From the NCBI GenBank assembly GCA_963745235.1, contig CAVUXE010000035.1:32001-96000 (forward strand): a stretch of 64,000 nt of DNA, read 5' to 3'. The notes below the pieces were generated by a model that was given only the letters and a program-made list of their open reading frames with translations, was not told where the DNA came from and did no database searches. Below are positions 50,057 through 59,873 of this stretch, in pieces; position 1 is the stretch's first letter, and every line of letters starts with the position of its first letter. The position numbers and the translations under genes are program-made. This stretch comes from an uncultured Spirochaetota bacterium (GTDB lineage: Bacteria; Spirochaetota; Spirochaetia; SZUA-6; Fen-1364).

Positions 50057-50358
50057 GTGGCCAGGGAAAAGCTTTCCAAGGCCGAAATCGTCGAGAACAT
50101 CTATCCTCTGGTCAAGGCCAGCAAGAAGAACATCCACAGGATCATCGACCTGTTCTTCGACCAGATCAAAGTCCGGCCTTCTGGCTGACAGGGTCATCGA
50201 GCTGCGGGGGCTGGGGACGTTCGAGATTCGCACCCGCAAGGGACGCAAGGCCAGGAACCCGAAAACGGGAGACTCGGTCGTCATCCGAGACCACGGCGTG
50301 GCGCATTTTCGACCCGGGCAGGGAGCTGAAGCAGAAGGTCTGGGATCTGAGGAGCTGA
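50057..50358 (+). CDS. HU/IHF-family DNA-binding protein (two frameshifts)
   Basis: [11 protein letters not shown]; then [25 protein letters not shown]...FRPG; then RELKQKVW. Confidence 0.88.
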
Positions 50359-50360
50359 GC

Positions 50361-51980
50361 GTGGTCCCAGGCGCCCGGGGAAAAGCCTCTGTCAAGGTCC
50401 TCACGGACCTCGGTCTTCTTGTCCTTTCCTCCCTCCTGTTCGCCCTTTCCTTTCCGAGCTTTCTCTCGAATGCGGGATGGTTCCCCCTGGGTTTCATCTG
50501 CCTCGTCCCTCTGTTCGTCGTGGTCCACCGGTCAGGCTGGGTGGCGGCGCCGCTGTACGGCGTGTTTTTTGGATACGTCTCCTACGTCCTCTTCAACTAC
50601 TGGCTGGGAAGTTTCCACCCCCTGACCCTGGTCGTTGTCCCGCCCATCTACGCGGCGTATTTTCTCGTAGTCCTGCCGGCCCTCAAGCTTGCTGACACCC
50701 TCTTCCCTTCGTACGGTTTTCTCCTCCAGTCGGCTCTCTGGGTCTGCTACGAGTACTTTCTGAAGTCAAACGGCTACCTTGCCTACTCGTACGGGAACAT
50801 CGGCTACACGCAGTATCCCTTCATCCCTTTCATCCAGATTGCCGACGCCGTGGGCGTCTGGGGCGTCTCGTTCATGGTCGTGTATCCCTCCGCCCTGATC
50901 GGCAACGCGCTCTCGCGCGGAGTGCGGTGCTTCAGGGACGGCTGGAAACGATGGATCGGACCAGCGGCAATCTACGCGGTCGTTTTCGCCGCCGTGGTCG
51001 TCTATGGCCTGTTCACGCAGGTGGACGTGTCGAAATCTCGTCCGTGGAAGGTTGCCCTTGTCCAGCAGAACGTGGATCCGTGGAGGGGAGGATACAGCGC
51101 CTACCGCCAGTCCCTGGACGTGCTTCTGAGGCAGAGTCGGAAGGCCATCACGGAGAACCCCGACATCGTGATCTGGTCCGAGACCTCCTTCGTGCCGGCC
51201 ATCGACTGGCATACCCGCTACCGGCCAGACACCCAGACCTATGGGCTTGTCCAGGAGCTGCGGGCATTCCTCGACACGCAGTCAGTACCCTACGTCGTTG
51301 GAAACGACGACGGAGAGCTCAGGCGCGTGGCGGAAAACAAGGAAGACCGCGTGGACTTCAACGCGGCAATCCTCTTCGACAAGGGCCGGATCGTGGACAC
51401 GTATCGCAAGCTTCACCTCGTGCCGTTCACGGAGGCGTTCCCTTTCAAGAATCAGCTCCCCGGGATCTACCAGTGGCTCGTCAACGCGGACACGCATTTC
51501 TGGGAGAAAGGGAGCGTGTACACAGTCTTCGACGCGGCCGGGGTGCGCTTTTCCACCCCGATCTGCTTCGAGGATACCTTCGGGTACCTCTGCCGGGGGT
51601 TCGTCAGGCAGGGTGCCCAGGTGCTCGTCAATATGACCAACGATGCGTGGTCACACTCGGTGCCCTGCGCCATGCAGCACATGACCATGGCCGTGTTTCG
51701 CGCAGTGGAGAACCGACGCTCCGTGGTGAGATCCACCAACGGGGGGATGACGACCATCATCGATCCCAACGGCCGCATCCTGCGCACGCTGGCGCCGTTC
51801 ACGGAGGGATACCTCTCCGGCACCGTGCCCGTCTTTGCGGATGCCACGACTCTCTACACGCGCTGGGGGGACTGGTTTCCCTGGCTCCTGCTTGCCCTGA
51901 GCGTTGCCGGCCTGGCCGTCGGCGGTGTTCGCCGCGTCGCGCGAAGCCCGCGGGGACGCGGTCAGACACCCAACCGTTGA
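50361..51980 (+). CDS. lnt: Apolipoprotein N-acyltransferase (second copy)
   Basis: [34 protein letters not shown]. Confidence 0.9.
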   Translation: MVPGARGKASVKVLTDLGLLVLSSLLFALSFPSFLSNAGWFPLGFICLVPLFVVVHRSGWVAAPLYGVFFGYVSYVLFNYWLGSFHPLTLVVVPPIYAAYFLVVLPALKLADTLFPSYGFLLQSALWVCYEYFLKSNGYLAYSYGNIGYTQYPFIPFIQIADAVGVWGVSFMVVYPSALIGNALSRGVRCFRDGWKRWIGPAAIYAVVFAAVVVYGLFTQVDVSKSRPWKVALVQQNVDPWRGGYSAYRQSLDVLLRQSRKAITENPDIVIWSETSFVPAIDWHTRYRPDTQTYGLVQELRAFLDTQSVPYVVGNDDGELRRVAENKEDRVDFNAAILFDKGRIVDTYRKLHLVPFTEAFPFKNQLPGIYQWLVNADTHFWEKGSVYTVFDAAGVRFSTPICFEDTFGYLCRGFVRQGAQVLVNMTNDAWSHSVPCAMQHMTMAVFRAVENRRSVVRSTNGGMTTIIDPNGRILRTLAPFTEGYLSGTVPVFADATTLYTRWGDWFPWLLLALSVAGLAVGGVRRVARSPRGRGQTPNR

Positions 51981-52023
51981 CAGCCTCGTTTTTGTAGAGC
52001 ACAATAAGAGGCAAGAGGGACGC

Positions 52024-52773
52024 ATGAAGCTGAGGGGCAGGATCCTCATCGTTGATGACGAACCGATCAACCTCGAGTTTTTCGACGTCATGCTGAGCAA
52101 GCTCGGGTTCCAGATCGAGAAGGCCGTTGACGGGGAGGAGGCGCTGGAGAAAGTCCAGGCCTGCAATCCGGATCTCATCATCCTGGACAACGTCATGCCA
52201 AAGCTCTCCGGGTGGGAAGTGACGCGGATGCTCAAGCACGACCAGGAGTATCGCCGTTACCGGAACACCCCTATCATCATGTTCTCCGCCATGAACGAGG
52301 TCAAGGACCGGATCGAAGGCTTCGAGCAGGGCGTGGATGACTACATCACGAAACCGTTCAATTTCTCCGAGGTCCTCGCTCGGATCCGTGCCGTGCTCAG
52401 AAGCCGTGAGCTCTCCCGGCAGCTGCTTCGCAGGGAGAAGCGGATTGCGGTGGTCGAATCCCTGAACAACTCCCTCATGTTTTTCACGCAGCACATCAAG
52501 AAGCCCATTGCAGAGCTCCTTGCGCTGGCGGAAAAACTGGATGGAGGAGACGCGGCGGAGGTCCAGAAGCTCCTGGGGATGCTGCGCAAGGAAGGCCGGG
52601 AGATCCTGGCAAGCCTGAGCGGACTGGAAGAGGAAGTGGCGGACCTCCAGGGCAAGGGTGAAAAGCTCAAGCAGGGAGACCTTTCCCTGGACGACCTGGA
52701 GAGGAAGCTTCGCAAGAACCTGCGCGTGCGGTCCCAGGAACGCGCGAAATCAGGGGATGGGAACGAGCAGTGA
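52024..52773 (+). CDS. Response regulator (receiver plus helical C-terminus)
   Basis: ILIVDDE, IILDNVMP, IMFSA, DDYITKPF; no HTH output domain. Confidence 0.88.
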   Translation: MKLRGRILIVDDEPINLEFFDVMLSKLGFQIEKAVDGEEALEKVQACNPDLIILDNVMPKLSGWEVTRMLKHDQEYRRYRNTPIIMFSAMNEVKDRIEGFEQGVDDYITKPFNFSEVLARIRAVLRSRELSRQLLRREKRIAVVESLNNSLMFFTQHIKKPIAELLALAEKLDGGDAAEVQKLLGMLRKEGREILASLSGLEEEVADLQGKGEKLKQGDLSLDDLERKLRKNLRVRSQERAKSGDGNEQ

Positions 52774-52991
52774 TCACGGAAGAGAAGAAGCAGGCCGTCG
52801 CAATATTCGCTGAAGGCAGGAAGCTGTACAAGCTCATGAAGTTTGGCGAAGCGCGTGACGCGTTTGCGCGTGCCTTGCAGGCTTGCCCGGACGACGGGCC
52901 GTCCAAGGTGTATTTCGACCGCTGCAAATATTACATCGACAATCCACCGCCTGAGGAGTGGGACGGCGTGTGGGTCATGAAGACGAAGTGA
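52770..52991 (+). CDS. Small TPR-like protein resembling adenylate-cyclase C-terminal tails
   Basis: F.EGRKLYK..KF.EA...F...DGPSKVY..RC.....PPPEEWDGVW.MKTK. Confidence 0.7.
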   Translation: MITEEKKQAVAIFAEGRKLYKLMKFGEARDAFARALQACPDDGPSKVYFDRCKYYIDNPPPEEWDGVWVMKTK

Positions 52992-52997
52992 CGAGCC

Positions 52998-53411
52998 ATG
53001 GCGAAGAATGAGGATCATAAGGGGCCGGAGCGCATCAGTACCACGCTCGGGCGTGAAACAGAGTTCAACGGCGTCATGCGCTTCCACGACTCCCTGAAGA
53101 TCGACGGCACGTTCTCGGGAGAGATCGTTTCATCCGGGTTCCTGTACATCGAGCAGGGGGCCTCCGTGACCGCGAACATCCGCGTCGGCTCGGTGGTCGT
53201 GGGTGGAACTGTCCACGGCAACATCGAGGCCACGGAAAAGCTGGAAATGCTTTCCAGCGGCAAGGTGTACGGCAATATCCGCACAGCCAAGCTGAAGATA
53301 GCGGACGGGGTCGTGTTCGAAGGCAAGTGCGAAATGATCAAGAACCCGCAAGCCATCAACATCTTCTCCGGCCCGGTCGAGCAGCTGAAAAAATCCGCCC
53401 AGAGTGTGTGA
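52998..53411 (+). CDS. Bactofilin (second copy)
   Basis: TTLGRETEFNG..SLKIDGTFSGEI...VVVGGTVHGNI...IADGVVFEGKCEM. Confidence 0.9.
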   Translation: MAKNEDHKGPERISTTLGRETEFNGVMRFHDSLKIDGTFSGEIVSSGFLYIEQGASVTANIRVGSVVVGGTVHGNIEATEKLEMLSSGKVYGNIRTAKLKIADGVVFEGKCEMIKNPQAINIFSGPVEQLKKSAQSV

Positions 53412-54656
53412 GGGTAAGGCCGCAATCATCCTTTCTGTCGGCACGGAGCTGACGGAAGGAATCATCCAGGACAGCCATATCCGCTACCTGTCCAGCGAGC
53501 TGACATCGCTTGGCTTCTCGGTGTGCCGGGGAATCCAGATCCCGGACAATGCGCCGCAGTTCCACGATGAGCTTGGCAGGGCAACGGGAGAGGCCTCCCT
53601 TGTCATCATAACGGGCGGCCTTGGCCCCACCTCGGATGACCTGACGCGGGAAACCGTCGCGGAAGCCGCGGGCGTCCCCCTGGAGTTTCACCAGGAGGTC
53701 TGGGACGACCTGGTGGAAAGGTTCAAGGGCCGCAGGATCTCCGACAGCAACCGGAAGCAGGCAACGGCCCCGCGGGGTTTCGCGCTTGTGCCCAACCAGA
53801 ACGGGACAGCGCCGGGGTTCCATGGCGAGGTTGGCGGAGCGCTCGTGATAGCCCTTCCCGGCCCCCCTCCGAGCTTCGGCCCATGTTCTCCCAGACCGTC
53901 GCGCCTTTGCTCAGCAGGCGCTTCGGAAGCGCTTCAGCCAGGGACATACTCTGGGGCACGGCGCTGATGGTGCCGGAGTCCAACCTGGAAGAGGCCCTGA
54001 AGGCCGCGCGGCACGGGGACCTGCGATGGGGGACGCGGGTAGACGAGGACCGCATCGTCTTCAGCCTTCGCGGAGGGAACGCGGAAGATCGGGAGGCATG
54101 CCTGGCGTCTCTTGCTTCGTCCCTCGGTCCTGCCAGGATTCGCGCGGGGGAGACCAGACCGGCGCAGCTCCTGAGTGACGCGCTCCTGAGCCGCGGCGTG
54201 ACCCTCGTGACGGCTGAGTCCTGCACGGGCGGCCTGATCAGCAAGTACATGACGGATCTGCCGGGGAGCTCCCGGGTCTACTGGGGCGGCTACGTGAGCT
54301 ACTCGAATGAGGCAAAGACCGGCATGCTTGCGGTGAGCGGTCAGCTCCTTTCGACGGCGGGGGCCGTGTCGGAGGACGCCGTGAAGGGCATGGCGCTTGG
54401 CGCCCTGTCACGGTCCACGGCCGGGATCAGCGTTGCCGTCTCGGGAATTGCGGGTCCGGATGGCGGGTCGGCGGACAAGCCCGTGGGGACAGTGTGGATC
54501 GCTGCCGCGCTGCGCGGCGGGACTCCCGCTGCCCGGCTGTTCACCTTTTCCGGCTCGCGTGACATGATTCGACGCAGAAGCGCGGTGGCTGCAATGCTTT
54601 TTGCGGAGTCGCACCTGCTTGGCCGTGACTTCCTTGACAGTCGGACCAAGTGGTAA
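53404..54656 (+). CDS. cinA: CinA-family protein (MoCF-like domain plus NMN deamidase; frameshift at ~53870)
   Basis: SVGTEL, ITGGLGPTSDDLT, GTAPG, LPGPP; after the shift TAESCTGG, GAVSE, SGIAGPDGG..KPVGTV. Confidence 0.9.
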
Positions 54657-54662
54657 TATATT
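54634..54662 (+). promoter_or_regulatory. Sigma70 promoter of rho
   Basis: TTGACA-17 nt-TATATT. Confidence 0.6.
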
Positions 54663-54766
54663 AAGCGGTAAAGAGTCTTCGGTAGCCAGCCAAGGCCTGC
54701 ATGCAACCTAATCTGTAAATCGCGTTTACATTTGACACGACGGGCCAGGAATTAACGGAGCACCAC

Positions 54767-56473
54767 ATGGGAACGAACGACCACGACAATGAGACGCAAC
54801 CGCAGCCGGTGGACCCATCTCGCGAGGTGTCGCTGACAAACGACTCCCTCATGAACGGGGAGGCGGATGACCAGGGGCAGAACCGGCCCGGCCAGAATCG
54901 CGTCGACCAGCCCTCGGGAGGACACAGGCCCAAGCGGCGCGTGGCTCGAAGGAAGATCCGGGTGGAGCTCATCAAGGAACCGGACCACGGGGAAGAGGTG
55001 ACGATGGGGGATGAGGCGGGCATGGATGGGGGACAGGGCACCCCAGCGCTCCCCAGTGAGGCCCTGCCGTCCCAGACCGTCGGCCTTCCGGCAACCGGAA
55101 GCGCGTACGCAGCCGCCTCGGCACCGGCCACGGCCGGCGGCACTCCCGGAGGGGCGGGTCCTGACACGGCCTCCAAGGCTCTCACGCAGAGCGACAACAG
55201 GCTCCACATCAACGACCTGAGCCAGATGAGCATGCCGGACCTGCGCGGGCTGGCGTCCAGGATGGGCGTCAATCACGAGGCGCTCATTTCCATGAAGAAG
55301 CAGGAGATCATCTTCCAGATCCTGAAGGCGCACACGGAGAAAGGCGGCGCCATCTACGCGTTCGGCGCGCTGGAAATCCTGCCGGACGGCTACGGCTTTC
55401 TGCGGTCTCCGAATTACAGCTACCTTCCCGGCCCCGACGACATCTACATCTCCCCGTCTCAGATCCGCCTCTTCAACCTGAAGACGGGTGACACCGTTGC
55501 CGGACAGATCCGGTCCCCCAAGGAAGGGGAGCGGTTCTTCGCCATGCTGCGGGTCGAGACGGTCAACTTCGACCCGCCGCTGGTGGCGCAGACGAGGATC
55601 CCGTTCGACAACCTGACGCCGCTGTATCCGGATGAGAAGCTCAACCTGGAGACCGTCACGGAAGAGATCTCCACAAGGATCATCAACCTGTTCTGCCCCA
55701 TCGGAAAGGGGCAGCGCGGCCTCATCGTCTCCCCGCCGAGGACGGGAAAGACCATCCTGATGCAGAAGATCGCAAACGCCATCACGGCCAACCACCCCGA
55801 GGCCTTCGTGATCGTGCTGCTGATCGACGAGCGGCCAGAAGAGGTCACCGACATGCAGAGGAGCGTCAAGGGAGAGGTTGTCTCCTCCACCTTCGACGAG
55901 CAGTCCACGCGGCATGTCCAGGTGGCGGAGATGGTCATCGAGAAGGCCAAGAGGCTCGTCGAGCACAAGCGCGACGTGGTGATCCTCCTGGACTCCATCA
56001 CGCGCCTTGCTCGCGCGTACAACCAGACCGTTCCCACCTCGGGGAAGATCCTTTCCGGCGGTGTGGACTCCAACGCGCTGCACAAGCCCAAGAGGTTTTT
56101 CGGCGCGGCGCGCAACATCGAGGAAGGGGGGAGCCTTACGATTGTTGCCACGGCCCTGGTGGAAACGGGAAGCCGCATGGACGAGGTCATCTTCGAGGAG
56201 TTCAAGGGCACGGGCAACATGGAAGTCATCCTGGACCGCAAGCTCTCGGACCGCAGGCTCTTCCCGGCCATCAACATCAAGAAGTCCGGCACCCGAAAGG
56301 AAGAGCTGCTGCTGACAGAGGAGCAACTGCAGAAGATGTGGGTGCTCCGCCGCGTCATCAACCCGATGGAAGACGCTGAGATAATAGAGCTGCTGATTGA
56401 CAGGATGAAGAAAAGCAAGAATAATGAGGCTTTCCTGAAGTCGATGAATACGTCATCGGTAACGGACGCGTAG
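54767..56473 (+). CDS. rho: Transcription termination factor Rho with long N-terminal extension
   Basis: [63 protein letters not shown]. Confidence 0.98.
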   Translation: MGTNDHDNETQPQPVDPSREVSLTNDSLMNGEADDQGQNRPGQNRVDQPSGGHRPKRRVARRKIRVELIKEPDHGEEVTMGDEAGMDGGQGTPALPSEALPSQTVGLPATGSAYAAASAPATAGGTPGGAGPDTASKALTQSDNRLHINDLSQMSMPDLRGLASRMGVNHEALISMKKQEIIFQILKAHTEKGGAIYAFGALEILPDGYGFLRSPNYSYLPGPDDIYISPSQIRLFNLKTGDTVAGQIRSPKEGERFFAMLRVETVNFDPPLVAQTRIPFDNLTPLYPDEKLNLETVTEEISTRIINLFCPIGKGQRGLIVSPPRTGKTILMQKIANAITANHPEAFVIVLLIDERPEEVTDMQRSVKGEVVSSTFDEQSTRHVQVAEMVIEKAKRLVEHKRDVVILLDSITRLARAYNQTVPTSGKILSGGVDSNALHKPKRFFGAARNIEEGGSLTIVATALVETGSRMDEVIFEEFKGTGNMEVILDRKLSDRRLFPAINIKKSGTRKEELLLTEEQLQKMWVLRRVINPMEDAEIIELLIDRMKKSKNNEAFLKSMNTSSVTDA

Positions 56474-56589
56474 GACGTGCGCCGAGCCTCCCACGGCATA
56501 CCGTGGGACGGACCGGCGGAGGGTCTCGTGGACAAAGAACGGCCGCTCTGCAATCCGGTGTGCGTATGGTTTACACGGAGGACAAGACA

Positions 56590-56793
56590 ATGAAGACTGA
56601 CATACATCCCCGGTATGAAGTGACCACCATAACCTGTGCGTGCGGAAACGTCATCCAGACCAAGTCCACCGCCAAGGATATCAAGGTGGAAATCTGCTCG
56701 AAGTGCCATCCCTTCTACACGGGCAAGCAGCACCTCGTGGACACCGCTGGACGCGTGGAGCGCTTCAAGAAGCGCTACAACATCAAGGACTAG
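56590..56793 (+). CDS. rpmE: 50S ribosomal protein L31 (Zn-binding type)
   Basis: [32 protein letters not shown]. Confidence 0.97.
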   Translation: MKTDIHPRYEVTTITCACGNVIQTKSTAKDIKVEICSKCHPFYTGKQHLVDTAGRVERFKKRYNIKD

Positions 56794-57536
56794 CAGTCCT
56801 GAAGGCCGCAGGACGCGGCAAGCTCAACAATCTTCTGCCAGTGCGACCCGCGCCAGAAAACCCGCCCGCAGACCGGGCACGTGGAAAACTCCGCGTAGTC
56901 CCGGCCAACCGCGGGTGGGACGCGGGCAAGCACGTCCTCTCGGGGCACGCGCTGGAGGCTCACGTTGCACTCGACGCATCTGCTTCCCAGCCGCACCTGC
57001 GCCGTCAGGTCGAACCTCCGCACCACCTCGCCCAGTTGATCGTGCGGGACGAGAGACCGGACCAGGTAGCCGTGCGTCACGCTTCGCCGCTTCAAGAGCC
57101 CCCTGTCCCGGGTCAAGACGATCCGCTTTTCAAGCCGGGCCAGCCGGACCAGCTCCTGATCTTGAAGAAAGTTACGGTACAGTGAATCGAAACCGAACAT
57201 CCTGAGGAGTCGGGCAAGCCGCCCCAGATGGACGTCCAGGGCGAACCGGACTTCTCTCAGCGGCACCGGTCTGACCCGGCTGATCGAGCTGATGTCCCAG
57301 GACTCGAACCTGGGATAAACGCTGATCCGGTCTCCTTCCGCCGGGCGATATGCGAAATCCACTGATTCCCCATTTGCCAGGACAAGGTCTACCTCCGTAT
57401 GCGGGATTCCCAGGTCTTCGATCAGGGCTTTGACGGTGCACCCCTCGGGTACGTGGACGGAAAACGCCAGTTTTCTTTTCTCAACCGGCAGGAAGGCGTT
57501 CAGCTCCTCGTAGAAGCGGATTGTCGCGGACGGCAT
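56790..57536 (-). CDS. Mut7-C RNase (ubiquitin-like domain, PIN domain, Zn ribbon)
   Basis: [65 protein letters not shown]. Confidence 0.88.
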   Translation of the reverse strand: MPSATIRFYEELNAFLPVEKRKLAFSVHVPEGCTVKALIEDLGIPHTEVDLVLANGESVDFAYRPAEGDRISVYPRFESWDISSISRVRPVPLREVRFALDVHLGRLARLLRMFGFDSLYRNFLQDQELVRLARLEKRIVLTRDRGLLKRRSVTHGYLVRSLVPHDQLGEVVRRFDLTAQVRLGSRCVECNVSLQRVPREDVLARVPPAVGRDYAEFSTCPVCGRVFWRGSHWQKIVELAASCGLQDC

Positions 57537-57670
57537 ACGCTGTCTTTTCGGTATTGACCCTGCGTGAAAATTTACTGCGCCGGGAGCCACCGTCAAGGGA
57601 ATCACCGGCTCGCCATTGGCGACACGGCCGTGCTTCGATAGTATGGGGGCAGGGACCAGCAGAAGAACAA

Positions 57671-58471
57671 ATGGAGCAGCGGAACGGAACGGGAGCCCTC
57701 GAGCTGGAGGGAGTGTCACTGGAAATTGACGGCAGGTCCATCCTGAATGACGTGTCGTGGAACGCCCAGCGCGGAGAGAAGTGGATCATCCTGGGGCGAA
57801 ACGGAAGCGGCAAGACGTCTCTCATGAGGCTGCTCTCCGGATTCGGTTTTCCGTCTCGAGGACGCATGCTCGTTCTCGGGGAGCTCCTGGGCCGGACGGA
57901 TCTCCATCTCCTGAGAAGGCGGGTCGGCTGGATCCATGGAGATCTTGCCGCTGACATCCCGTCCTTCATGACGGCCCTGGAGGTCGTCCTGTCGGGCGTG
58001 GAGGGCAGCCTCGTTGTCTATGAGAAGCTTCCGGGAAGCGAGGAGGCGCTGGCCCGGGAGATGCTGGAGACGCTGGGCATGACGGACTTCGCGGATCGCG
58101 GCTTTTCCCACCTCTCCACGGGGGAAAGGCAGCGGGTCCTGATTGCCCGGGCGCTCGCCGCGGGGCCGGAGCTTCTCCTGCTCGATGAACCGTGCCAGGG
58201 ACTTGATCCGCGCGCGCGGGAGGAGTTCCTGGAGTCTCTTTCCGCGCTGCTTGCCTCCCGTCCCGATCTCAGCGTCGTTTCCGTGACGCACCACGTCGAC
58301 GAGATCATCGAGGGGTTTACCAACGTGCTCGTCCTGGAGGAAGGACGCGTGCTGGCCCATGGCCCGCGGGATTCGGTGCTCACGCCGGTCATGGTCAGAC
58401 GCCTGTTCGGTGACAGGTGCCGGCTGCATTCACGCGGCGGCAGGTATTTTCTCAGCTTCGGCAAGGAGTAG
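57671..58471 (+). CDS. ABC transporter ATP-binding protein (ModF/YlmA-like)
   Basis: WIILGRNGSGKT, LSTGERQRVLIARAL, LLDEPCQGLD, VTHH. Confidence 0.85.
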   Translation: MEQRNGTGALELEGVSLEIDGRSILNDVSWNAQRGEKWIILGRNGSGKTSLMRLLSGFGFPSRGRMLVLGELLGRTDLHLLRRRVGWIHGDLAADIPSFMTALEVVLSGVEGSLVVYEKLPGSEEALAREMLETLGMTDFADRGFSHLSTGERQRVLIARALAAGPELLLLDEPCQGLDPRAREEFLESLSALLASRPDLSVVSVTHHVDEIIEGFTNVLVLEEGRVLAHGPRDSVLTPVMVRRLFGDRCRLHSRGGRYFLSFGKE

Positions 58472-58475
58472 CCGC

Positions 58476-58919
58476 GTGGACAGGAAGCCGGTCGTTTCGA
58501 AGATCACCCGGGGGCAGGATGCCTATTACACCGTCAGCTGGTCCCGCCTGCGTAAGAGCGACAAGTACGAGATCGTGAAATCCGTCCCCTCCGAGGCCGG
58601 CATCTACGAGCTGTATTACATGGATGAGAAGGGCAAGCTCTGCCTCTTTCACGTCGGCAAATCGTGGTACGGGGGCCTGCGCAACGAGATCAGGCTTCGC
58701 ACGGATGCGGAGCTCGAAAAGGATCCCGCGCACCGCGTCATCCTGGAGGAGCACGACTGCTGGTATCGCTGGTCCTTGGTGAGCGCAAGCGACGACATGG
58801 CGGACATCATCTTCTTCTTCGCGGGCACCTACCGGCTCGACGCGAAGGTGCATCACTCGGGTCGGTACAGGAACATCTTCCTCAACGAGGTGAGCGCGGA
58901 CAAGATCGTGACGATTTGA
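58476..58919 (+). CDS. Hypothetical protein, possibly GIY-YIG-like
   Basis: GTG start after AAGGAG; VPSEAGIYELYY...FHVGKS..GLRNEI. Confidence 0.6.
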   Translation: MDRKPVVSKITRGQDAYYTVSWSRLRKSDKYEIVKSVPSEAGIYELYYMDEKGKLCLFHVGKSWYGGLRNEIRLRTDAELEKDPAHRVILEEHDCWYRWSLVSASDDMADIIFFFAGTYRLDAKVHHSGRYRNIFLNEVSADKIVTI

Positions 58920-58942
58920 GGCCCCCGCTGAAGGGGCATCTC

Positions 58943-59362
58943 TCAGATGGTTGCCAGCTTCTCCACCATGAAGCGTATGCGCTTTGCCAGGGACACCATG
59001 AGGCGCCGCGACCACTGCGGGCTTGCCGCATAGATATCCGCGAAGTTCTCCTTGGAGAACTCCAGGGTCTGGACGTCCCCCTTGGCGATGACGGTCGCGG
59101 ACCGAACGGACTTGTCGAAGAAGCTCATCTCCCCGATCAGCTCTCCCTTGCCGAGTGTCGCCATCACGCGGTATTTCTCACCGACTTTCCGCGTCACATA
59201 GACTTCCCCCTCGGTGATCCAGTAGATCTTCTGCTGGATCTCCCCCTCTTTGATCAGGAGCTGCTTGTCGTGGAACTTCTTGCCGAACTTCTCGATCACC
59301 TTGGCGTCGAGGGCTTCCTCCGCCTGGAAGGCGATCTTCATGATCTCTTCGTAGGATTCCAT
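58943..59362 (-). CDS. Stand-alone cyclic-nucleotide-binding domain protein
   Basis: IKEGE, GEVYV, GELIGEMSFFDKSVRSATV. Confidence 0.85.
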   Translation of the reverse strand: MESYEEIMKIAFQAEEALDAKVIEKFGKKFHDKQLLIKEGEIQQKIYWITEGEVYVTRKVGEKYRVMATLGKGELIGEMSFFDKSVRSATVIAKGDVQTLEFSKENFADIYAASPQWSRRLMVSLAKRIRFMVEKLATI

Positions 59363-59769
59363 CAGTGCCTGCCTTCCTCCCGTTTGCCCAGACGCTCGCC
59401 GAACTCCGCGTTCATGATCCGCAGCTCCCTCGTCAGGCCGGTGATGGCCGCCAGCCCGAGCTCCCAGGAAACCCCCGCGGCGGTGTAGAAGCCTTCGAGA
59501 TCCCACCTGTACAGGATGATTCTCTCGGCGGCCAGGACGGACCCGATCCGCTCGCATTCGGCCAGCGGCTCCACGAGTCCGAACAGATTGTCCGGCGTGA
59601 TCCACAGGGGAAACGAAGAGGCCGCAAGTCGGTACTCCAGCTTGGCGAGGCCGGCGATCACGTAATAGATCGGTTTGTCACCGACCGGATCACCGACGCT
59701 GAAGATCTGCTCACGCGCCGAAAAACTTACCTCTTCGCCGTACTGTAGAAAATGAGGATGATCTTCCAT
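59362..59769 (-). CDS. Degenerate cyclic-nucleotide-binding domain protein
   Basis: IFSVGD, IYYVIAG, NLFGLVEPL...R. Confidence 0.65.
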   Translation of the reverse strand: MEDHPHFLQYGEEVSFSAREQIFSVGDPVGDKPIYYVIAGLAKLEYRLAASSFPLWITPDNLFGLVEPLAECERIGSVLAAERIILYRWDLEGFYTAAGVSWELGLAAITGLTRELRIMNAEFGERLGKREEGRH

Positions 59770-59873
59770 TCTGTTAGAATTTTCGACATTTTCGAAGCTT
59801 TTTATTGAATTCTTTTATCTTTTTGTCTATACTCTCGCCATTCCGGAAACCCTTTCAACAGCGGGAGTTATGC

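Noticed and set aside
49698-51980. Apparent 760-aa HU-Lnt fusion
   Set aside because: It is made of rpsT, HU and lnt pieces joined through indels.
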